IMG/VR virus record: IMGVR_UViG_3300027963_000002
Length of the DNA: 20,000 bases
Reading direction: 5' to 3' (one strand)
Source of the DNA: an uncultured virus (IMG/VR IMGVR_UViG_3300027963_000002)
Taxonomy: Duplodnaviria; Heunggongvirae; Uroviricota; Caudoviricetes
Shown here: positions 13,735 through 20,000 of the stretch, piece by piece
Layout of the letters: each line of letters starts with the position of its first letter
Position numbering within the stretch: the stretch's first letter is position 1
Made by a program: the position numbers and the translations under genes
Notes under the pieces: model-generated
Database searches by the model: none
What the model was told of the DNA's origin: nothing
Seen by the model: only the letters and a program-made list of their open reading frames with translations

Positions 13735-16676
13735 CTACTAAACTTAACGCCTCTACAGCAGGTTTAGTTGAAACTGTTGATACTTCTGGAATTTTAGAAC
13801 TTCAGACAGCAAACACAACCGCAATAACTATAGATACTAGCCAGAATATTAACTGCGCTTCAACGGGCGCTATTGTTGTTCCACTGGGTACTACAGCACA
13901 AAGACCGACAGCAGCCAATGGGATGCTTAGATATAACACTTCTATATCTAATTTTGAGTCTTATATTAATAACGCATGGGGTGTATTTACTGTTACTTTT
14001 GCTCCTGTTAATTCGGTCGCCCCTGTAATTTCTGGCTCTAATGTCTTTGTAGGGTCTAACTTAACTTCTACTACGGGTACATGGACTAATACTCCAACGT
14101 CCTACGCATACCAATGGTTAGCTAATTCAACCGCCATAGTAGCCAACGCTACGGCTAACGTCTTTACACTAACTGCAACCCAGACGGGCGCTAATATAAC
14201 CTGTAATGTAACGGCAGTAAATGCCGCTGGAAACTCGACTCCTGCTACATCAAATACGCTTGGCCCAGTCGTTGCTGGTGTTACTGCTAGTTACCTAGTT
14301 GTAGCTGGTGGTGGTTCTGGAGGTGGTGGGTATAACAGCGGTTCAGGAACTTCTGGTGGTGGCGGTGGCGGCGCTGGCGGACTTTTAACTGGTACAACAA
14401 TTCTTCAATTAGCAAATACGTATTCAATCACTATTGGTGCTGGTGGTGCTGGTGTTACTGGTGGCGGTGGTGGTATTAATGGATCTAATTCATCAATTAC
14501 TGGTCTTACTACTGTTGTAGGTGGTGGTGGCGGTGGTGGTATTGCCCCTGGCGGTGTATTTACTCAGGCTAAAGCTGGCGGATCAGGTGGTGGTGCTGTT
14601 TCTGGTGCGGCATCTAGTGGCGGAGCAAACGTTGCTAGTCAAGGATATTACGGTGGAAATAATAGTGGTAGTTACGCTTCTGGTAATTATCCAGCTGCTG
14701 GTGGCGGTGGAGCTGGTCAGGTTGGTCAAGATGTTGTTAGCACTTCAGTTGCTGGATCTGGTGGAAATGGTGTAAGTTCATCAATTAGTGGCTCTGCTAT
14801 AACTTATGCTGGCGGTGGCGGTGGATCTACATATAATGGCGGAACTCCAGGATCTGGCGGCTCAGGCGGTGGCGGTGCTGGTGCTAATGGAAGTGCTAAC
14901 GGAACTAATGGCGCTACTAATTTAGGTGCTGGTGGTGGCGGAACAAGCTCTACTGGTGGAAACTATACAACTGGCGCTGGCGGTTCAGGCATTGTAATTA
15001 TCAGCTACACAGGCGCACAACAATTTGGTGGCGGTGTAATTACAACCGATGGCACAAACACTATCCACACATTCAATACAAGTGGTGTACTAAGTCCTAT
15101 TAGTTCTTTATCTGCAAGCTATTTAATAGTAGCTGGTGGCGGTGGTGGCGGTGCAAACTACGGAGGCGGTGGTGGTGCTGGTGGTTTACTTGCTTCTAAT
15201 GTAACCATTGATACAAATTCAACTTACACAATTACTGTAGGTTCTGGAGGCGCTGGTTCGCCAGCAGTTATAGCAGGTAATATTGGTGGTAGTGGTTCTA
15301 ATTCAGCATTTAGTGCATATGCTACAGCCGCAGTTGGCGGTGGTGGTGGAGCAGGACAAAATAGTGCTGCTGGTGCTAATGGTGGCTCAGGAGGCGGTTC
15401 AGCCGTATCTGCTTCTGTTTCTTCAGGAACTGCTTCACAAGGAAATGCTGGCGGTCAAGGTGCTACAAGCGCAAACTATGGCGGTGGTGGTGGTGGTGGC
15501 GCAGGAGCAGTAGGTTCAAATGGAACAACAAATGCTGGTGGTAATGGTGGCGCTGGTACTGCTTCTTCGATTACAGGCAGTAGTGTTACCTATGCTGGCG
15601 GTGGTGGCGGTGGAACTTATGGAACAACATCTGCATCTATACCTGCTGGTTCTGGCGGTAGCGGAGGTGGTGGTGCTGGTGGTGGTAATAACCAAGCTGG
15701 AACTTCTGCAACCGCTAATACAGGCGGTGGTGGTGGCGGTGGAAATCAATATTACACAGGCGGTGGATTTAATACTTATGCTGGCGGCAATGGCGGTAGT
15801 GGCATAGTAATCATTTCATACTCTGGTAGCCAACAATTCTCAGGTGGTACAGTAACTACAAGCGGTGGAAATACTATACATTCATTTACTAGTAGTGGAA
15901 GTTTGGTAGGTGGGTATATTTCTTATTTAGTTGTTGCTGGTGGTGGCGGTGGAAATAATGACTCTGGCGGTGGTGGAGGTGCTGGTGGACTTTTAGCTGG
16001 CTCAACAAATTTGTTAAAAGGCACTCAATATACTATTACTGTAGGTACTGGCGGTGCTGCTGGCGCAAATGGAGCAGATTCGGTATTAAGCGGAACAGGT
16101 ATAACTACTGTAACTGCTACTGGCGGTGGCCGTGGTGCTGGCACTATAGGTAGTTATGCGGCTGGAAATGGTGGCTCTGGCGGTGGCGGTTCTGGTGGTG
16201 GAAATCCTGGCAATTTTGGCACAGGAGTTTCTGGGCAAGGTTTTGATGGTGGTACTGGATTAGTTTCGGGTAACTACACAGGCGGTGGTGGTGGCGGTGC
16301 ATCGGCAGTTGGTGGTAATGGTGGAACTAATGGTGGTGGTGGTGGCGTTGGTACAGCAAGTTCTATTACAGGAAGCTCTGTCACATACGCTGGCGGTGGT
16401 GGAGGTGGTGGTGGTTTAGGAAGTCCTGGAAGTGGGGGCAGCGGAGGTGGAGGCGCTGGTGGTACAAGCTCAAATGGTACTGCTGGAACTGCCAATACTG
16501 GAGGCGGTGGCGGTGGAACAGGTGGCGCAACTGGTGGCGCTGGCGGTTCTGGAGTAGTTATTATTTCTATTGCAACAGCCCGCTATTCAGGAACAACTAC
16601 TGGTTCACCAACAGTAACAACTAGCGGTACAAATACAATCTTAACTTACACAGCTTCTGGTACTTACACGGCTTAA
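13731..16676 (+). CDS. Large fibre/adhesin: GTTAQRP module, Ig-like domain and three Gly-rich domains
   Basis: Probable TTG start at 13731 overlapping the previous TGA. Ig-like APVNSVAPVISG...YAYQW...ITCNVTAVN at ~14001-14252; three SYL(V/I)VAGGG...GGSG(I/V)VII domains starting at ~14288, ~15116 and ~15921. Confidence 0.78.
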   Translation: MTTKLNASTAGLVETVDTSGILELQTANTTAITIDTSQNINCASTGAIVVPLGTTAQRPTAANGMLRYNTSISNFESYINNAWGVFTVTFAPVNSVAPVISGSNVFVGSNLTSTTGTWTNTPTSYAYQWLANSTAIVANATANVFTLTATQTGANITCNVTAVNAAGNSTPATSNTLGPVVAGVTASYLVVAGGGSGGGGYNSGSGTSGGGGGGAGGLLTGTTILQLANTYSITIGAGGAGVTGGGGGINGSNSSITGLTTVVGGGGGGGIAPGGVFTQAKAGGSGGGAVSGAASSGGANVASQGYYGGNNSGSYASGNYPAAGGGGAGQVGQDVVSTSVAGSGGNGVSSSISGSAITYAGGGGGSTYNGGTPGSGGSGGGGAGANGSANGTNGATNLGAGGGGTSSTGGNYTTGAGGSGIVIISYTGAQQFGGGVITTDGTNTIHTFNTSGVLSPISSLSASYLIVAGGGGGGANYGGGGGAGGLLASNVTIDTNSTYTITVGSGGAGSPAVIAGNIGGSGSNSAFSAYATAAVGGGGGAGQNSAAGANGGSGGGSAVSASVSSGTASQGNAGGQGATSANYGGGGGGGAGAVGSNGTTNAGGNGGAGTASSITGSSVTYAGGGGGGTYGTTSASIPAGSGGSGGGGAGGGNNQAGTSATANTGGGGGGGNQYYTGGGFNTYAGGNGGSGIVIISYSGSQQFSGGTVTTSGGNTIHSFTSSGSLVGGYISYLVVAGGGGGNNDSGGGGGAGGLLAGSTNLLKGTQYTITVGTGGAAGANGADSVLSGTGITTVTATGGGRGAGTIGSYAAGNGGSGGGGSGGGNPGNFGTGVSGQGFDGGTGLVSGNYTGGGGGGASAVGGNGGTNGGGGGVGTASSITGSSVTYAGGGGGGGGLGSPGSGGSGGGGAGGTSSNGTAGTANTGGGGGGTGGATGGAGGSGVVIISIATARYSGTTTGSPTVTTSGTNTILTYTASGTYTA

Positions 16677-16686
16677 GGGATAGACC

Positions 16687-17589
16687 ATGTTCGGATTTAG
16701 CCCATTCGCATCGGCTCCCTTTGCAGACACTGGGGGTACTGGATCCATTAGTGTTTCAGTACTTGTTACTGGTGTTCAGGTGGTTGGATATTTAGGTACT
16801 GCTAGTGTAACGGGAGCTGCTAATGTATCGGTAACGGGCGTTCAAGGCGTAGGTCAAGTAGGTACTGTAACAGTCGCACAGGGCGTAGGTGTTCTTTTAA
16901 CTGGCGTTCAAGGTGTAGGTCAGTTAGGTTCAGTTACAGTAGCTGCTAATGCAAATGTATTTTTAACGGGTGTTCAGGGCGTAGGCCAGCTTGGTACCGT
17001 AATAGCAACACCAACAACAGTTGTTAATGTAACGGGCGTTCAAGCAGTAGGATACATAGGTACTGCAAGGGTTACAGGTACTGCCGTAGTCAATGTAACA
17101 GGTGTTCAAGGTGTAGGACAAGTAGGTACGGTTACGGCAACTGCTGCGGGAAGTGTCTCGGTAACTGGGGTTCAAGGCGTAGGTCAACTTGGTACGGTAA
17201 CAACCAAAACGGGCGCAGGAGTTAATGCCACAGGACTTCAGGCAGTAGGATATGTAGGTACGGTTAGTACGGCAACTAGTGTAAATATGGCTGTAACAGG
17301 AGTTCAAGCTCCGACTCAGTTAGGTACAGTAACAATAAGTCTAACCCAAAATATCAGTGTAACAGGGGTACAAGCGGTAGGTCAGGTAGGCAATGTAAGC
17401 ATTACAGGAAGCGCCGTTATCTACTTAACAGGCGTTCAGGCAACGGGTATAATTGGGCAAGTGTTAGTCTGGGGTCAAATACCCGACAATTACACAACAA
17501 CTTGGACACAAATAAACGATAGCAATAGCGCTACATGGACACAAGTTACAGATAATGCAGTAACCGAATGGGATTTAATAGCAGCATAA
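16687..17589 (+). CDS. Beta-strand repeat virion protein (11 x 22 aa)
   Basis: MFGFSPFASAPFAD N-terminus; TG(V/L)Q recurs every 22 aa; Trp-repeat C-terminus (WGQI..WTQI..WTQV..WDLI). Confidence 0.75.
   Translation: MFGFSPFASAPFADTGGTGSISVSVLVTGVQVVGYLGTASVTGAANVSVTGVQGVGQVGTVTVAQGVGVLLTGVQGVGQLGSVTVAANANVFLTGVQGVGQLGTVIATPTTVVNVTGVQAVGYIGTARVTGTAVVNVTGVQGVGQVGTVTATAAGSVSVTGVQGVGQLGTVTTKTGAGVNATGLQAVGYVGTVSTATSVNMAVTGVQAPTQLGTVTISLTQNISVTGVQAVGQVGNVSITGSAVIYLTGVQATGIIGQVLVWGQIPDNYTTTWTQINDSNSATWTQVTDNAVTEWDLIAA
16768..17472 (+). repeat. Degenerate 66-bp coding tandem repeat, 11 copies
   Basis: Thr codon of TG(V/L)Q at 16768 and every 66 nt to 17428, with no indels. Confidence 0.9.
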
Positions 17590-17599
17590 AGGATAATAA

Positions 17600-17635
17600 A
17601 TGTTTGTATATAAAATAACGACGTTAGGAGCTTAA
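17600..17635 (+). pseudogene. 11-codon mini-ORF, probable remnant of a GIY-YIG homing endonuclease
   Basis: AAGGA RBS 6 nt upstream; translates MFVYKITTLGA*. MFVYKIT matches the usual start of phage GIY-YIG endonucleases. Confidence 0.5.
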
Positions 17636-17637
17636 CC

Positions 17638-18561
17638 GTGGCCTCAACTTATAGTACCTCCCTCAGAATTGAACTCATTGGTAACGGCGAACAGTCCGGC
17701 ACTTGGGGTACAACGACTAATACTAACTTAGGCTCTATTATTGAGCAAGCTATTACGGGCGTTGAAACCATTACAATGGCTGATGCAACCTACACCCTAT
17801 CTAATTATAACGGTGCTATAGACCAAGCTAGAAATGCGGTATTAGTCTTAAATGGTCCAGTTACTACTCCGCAAAACCTTGTTGCCCCAGCAGTAGAAAA
17901 GGTTTATTTAATTAAAAACCAAACCGGTAGTACGATAACAATTAAGACTTCAAGTGGTAATGGAGCCGCCCTTTCTAACGGTACATATGCTCAAGTTTAT
18001 TGTGACGGCGCAGACTTTTATAATGCCACCCCATCAGGTAATAGTGTTACTGGCAATTTAGCTGTTTCTGGCAGTATTACAGCGGGCGCAAACGTTACAG
18101 CAAATGGCACGATTACTGCTAATACCATTAGTGCTACAACCTATACAGGAATTACAGGACGTATTATTCAAACTGTATTTTCATCTGGCGGAACTGGATC
18201 AACAACTTCAGGTTCATTTACAGCCACAAGTAGTTTGGCAAATATTACACCAACGTCCGTATCTAGCAAAATTCTTGTTTTAGTAAGCGGAATGTTTTGG
18301 CAAACCAACGGCTATGGTGGTAATGCTTTTTTAACTGTATACCGTAATTCAACAAACTTAAATAGTTCTTCTCCTATGGCTATGGCTGCAGTACCAACAG
18401 GCCAAAACAGCTTTTACGGATCTACTGGAATCAGTCTTTTAGACTCCCCATCATCAACAAGTCTTTTAACTTACCGACCTTACATTTCCGCAGATAGTGG
18501 GGGAACGGCAGACTGGGGCGCATATAGTAGTGCAAGAATTACTTTACTGGAGATTTTATAA
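17638..18561 (+). CDS. Tail fibre protein
   Basis: GTG start after AGGAG; MASTYST.LRIELIG.GEQSGTWGTTTNTNL anchor domain, short beta-spiral-like linker, C-terminal GRIIQTV...ITPTS.SSKILVLV...ITLLEI tip domain. Confidence 0.7.
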   Translation: MASTYSTSLRIELIGNGEQSGTWGTTTNTNLGSIIEQAITGVETITMADATYTLSNYNGAIDQARNAVLVLNGPVTTPQNLVAPAVEKVYLIKNQTGSTITIKTSSGNGAALSNGTYAQVYCDGADFYNATPSGNSVTGNLAVSGSITAGANVTANGTITANTISATTYTGITGRIIQTVFSSGGTGSTTSGSFTATSSLANITPTSVSSKILVLVSGMFWQTNGYGGNAFLTVYRNSTNLNSSSPMAMAAVPTGQNSFYGSTGISLLDSPSSTSLLTYRPYISADSGGTADWGAYSSARITLLEIL

Positions 18562-18950
18562 TGTCATACGAACTTCCTAATAGCTATCCACAAGCAATTG
18601 TAGCTTTGGCTCCCGGCGCAGAGTGGTCAATGACAGACAACAATGACTACAACACTTTATCTTGGTATTCGGTAGATATTGCCCAACCAACGCAAGCAGC
18701 TTGTGACGCTGAAATTAGTTCATTAAATGCTAACCAACCATTAGCGGATTGCAAAAGCCAAGCCAGTAAACTACTGTATCAAACCGACTGGACTACTATT
18801 CCTGATGTTGCTGATCCCGTAAAGTCAAACCCATATCTAGTGAACTCAGCAGAATTTAATACGTATCGTAATGCAGTACGACAATATATCGTTTATCCAG
18901 TAGCAAACCCAGTATTTCCAACAATACCTACAGCTCAATGGAGTAGTTAA
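18561..18950 (+). CDS. Tail fibre assembly chaperone-like protein
   Basis: AIVALAPGAEWS...L.W....QPT N-terminal part; LL.QTDWT..PDV...YR.A.R...FPT.P..W C-terminal part; directly follows the fibre gene. Confidence 0.7.
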   Translation: MSYELPNSYPQAIVALAPGAEWSMTDNNDYNTLSWYSVDIAQPTQAACDAEISSLNANQPLADCKSQASKLLYQTDWTTIPDVADPVKSNPYLVNSAEFNTYRNAVRQYIVYPVANPVFPTIPTAQWSS

Positions 18951-19162
18951 TGATTATCGAAACTCAAGCCGTTACTCTTGATGAAAACAATACCGACTGC
19001 GCTACTAAGGTTGAAATTTTATGCCCGCAGTGTAGTCGGGATGTGGACGAATTTGAATTGGCTGCGCAAAAGTGTAATGATTGTGGCGCTGATTTATCTG
19101 ACCCTGTTCAGCACGTTGCTGTTGCAGTAACTTCCGTACCTTTATTTGGGATAACTTTCTAA
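18950..19162 (+). CDS. Small zinc-ribbon protein
   Basis: CPQC...CNDC; TAATG coupling on both sides. Confidence 0.7.
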   Translation: MIIETQAVTLDENNTDCATKVEILCPQCSRDVDEFELAAQKCNDCGADLSDPVQHVAVAVTSVPLFGITF

Positions 19163-19305
19163 TGTTTATTATTGACTATATCTTTGACCGTTTAGGCTAT
19201 GTTCGTAAACCCGTGCCCGCACCTTGGCCTTTTCCAGCAGAAAAGCCCGTTAAAAAGGCTGCCCGCAAAACGGTAGTTAAAAAAGTAACAACCCGTAAAA
19301 AATGA
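19162..19305 (+). CDS. 47-aa protein with WPFP motif and Lys-rich tail (not in ORF track)
   Basis: MFIIDYIFDRLGYVRKPVPAPWPFPAEKPVKKAARKTVVKKVTTRKK*. Fills the gap exactly, with TAATG and ATGA overlaps. Confidence 0.75.
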   Translation: MFIIDYIFDRLGYVRKPVPAPWPFPAEKPVKKAARKTVVKKVTTRKK

Positions 19306-19508
19306 TGCACGTAACAATGAAACAAATGGTTAGGTCACGGACGATGTGGTTCTCGTTGGCTTTGGTTATTATCGGTGCGCTATATGATAACTTCTCGTAT
19401 CTTCAAGATGTTATTAGTCCTAAGTACTACGGAACCATTTTTGTGAGCATAGGTATTATTTGCGCTATTTTGCGTTTTTATACAACTAAACCATTGGATG
19501 ACAAATAA
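19302..19508 (+). CDS. Putative holin (two transmembrane helices)
   Basis: RSRTMWFSLALVIIGAL and GTIFVSIGIICAILRF hydrophobic segments, charged C-terminus TTKPLDDK; heads the lysis cassette. Confidence 0.7.
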   Translation: MMHVTMKQMVRSRTMWFSLALVIIGALYDNFSYLQDVISPKYYGTIFVSIGIICAILRFYTTKPLDDK

Positions 19509-19927
19509 TGTTTGGGCTAATGATTCCTGTTCAGTTTTACATATACGCTGCCTGTGCTGTTCTTGCATTGGGTGGTTTAGGCTACGGCAAATACGAGTCA
19601 GCTAAGTATGATGCCTATGTATCTAAGGCCGAACTAGCCGCCAAGGAGCAGGAACTAGCTAATAAATCAAAGGCTAAAGAAGCCGCACAAGTTAATGAAA
19701 AGGTTAAAAATGATTATGAAAATCGCATTGCTCTTATTAAGCGTACTTATGGTGGGATGCGCCTCTCCAGTACCGGTCAAACAGGCACAATTTCCAACAC
19801 CACCAGCCCAACTGATGGCACCCCCACTGACCCTAAATTTATTGAAAAATGCGCAATGACTACGCAACAGCTCGTTAGCCTTCAGGGTTGGTTGAGCGAA
19901 CAAATTGGAATCTTTAACGCCAAATGA
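19508..19927 (+). CDS. Rz: Inner-membrane spanin (Rz-like)
   Basis: N-terminal TM helix, coiled coil, linker, C-terminal helix with Cys (CAMTTQQLVSLQGWL); contains an embedded lipoprotein gene. Confidence 0.8.
   Translation: MFGLMIPVQFYIYAACAVLALGGLGYGKYESAKYDAYVSKAELAAKEQELANKSKAKEAAQVNEKVKNDYENRIALIKRTYGGMRLSSTGQTGTISNTTSPTDGTPTDPKFIEKCAMTTQQLVSLQGWLSEQIGIFNAK
19716..19859 (+). CDS. Rz1: Outer-membrane spanin lipoprotein (Rz1-like), embedded in the +1 frame of Rz (not in ORF track)
   Basis: MKIALLLLSVLMVG-CASPVPVKQAQFPTPPAQLMAPPLTLNLLKNAQ*: signal peptide, lipobox-like MVGC, Pro-rich mature part. Alternative start at 19710; AAGGT upstream. Confidence 0.85.
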   Translation: MKIALLLLSVLMVGCASPVPVKQAQFPTPPAQLMAPPLTLNLLKNAQ

Positions 19928-20000
19928 ACAGCTTGCAATTAAAAGAACTTGGCATAGACACCAAATGGGAAATTCCGTTAAATCAAGTCTTTGTTAAATA
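19924..20000 (+). CDS. Probable endolysin N-terminus (GH19-like), truncated by window end
   Basis: ATGA overlap with Rz; MNSLQLKELGIDTKWEIPLNQVFVK resembles the N-terminus of phage GH19 lysins. Catalytic residues lie outside the window. Confidence 0.55.
   Translation, partial: MNSLQLKELGIDTKWEIPLNQVFVK

Noticed and set aside
11190..16570. GGT/GGC runs as G-quadruplexes, microsatellites or a CRISPR-like array, plus the Val/Trp-rich and poly-Pro alternative ORFs
   Set aside because: Fully explained by polyglycine coding; no constant repeat-spacer structure.
10809..18561. Diversity-generating retroelement or invertase shufflon acting on the fibre genes
   Set aside because: No reverse transcriptase or recombinase, no template/variable repeat pair differing only at adenines, and no inverted cassettes in the window; paralog differences in the conserved parts are largely synonymous.

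Overview
Virion-morphogenesis and lysis region of a tailed dsDNA bacteriophage; it resembles uncultured freshwater Caudoviricetes, and the two-component spanins imply a Gram-negative host. Order on the + strand: GroES-like co-chaperonin, scaffold-like protein, small conserved protein, capsid decoration-like protein, major capsid protein (Mu gpT-like) and a terminator. A ~1 kb antisense cassette follows (small membrane protein, HslV/proteasome-beta-like Ntn protease, HNH nuclease), then a sigma70-like promoter driving a compact double-pseudoknot leader RNA (probably the Mu-gpT-DE motif). Next come a cluster of tiny Lys/Gly/Met-rich proteins sharing a hydrophobic-x-x-G-G motif, two head-tail adaptor-like genes, an endonuclease VII-like homing nuclease, an array of five glycine-rich adhesin-like modules, an exact 11 x 22-aa repeat protein, a tail fibre and its chaperone, and a holin / Rz with embedded Rz1 / endolysin cassette. 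Several likely real ORFs are missing from the supplied ORF track: 4265-4411, 17600-17635, 19162-19305, 19716-19859 and 19924->20000. No tRNA, rRNA, CRISPR array, integrase or reverse transcriptase was seen. All family assignments come from motif recognition by eye, not from database searches.
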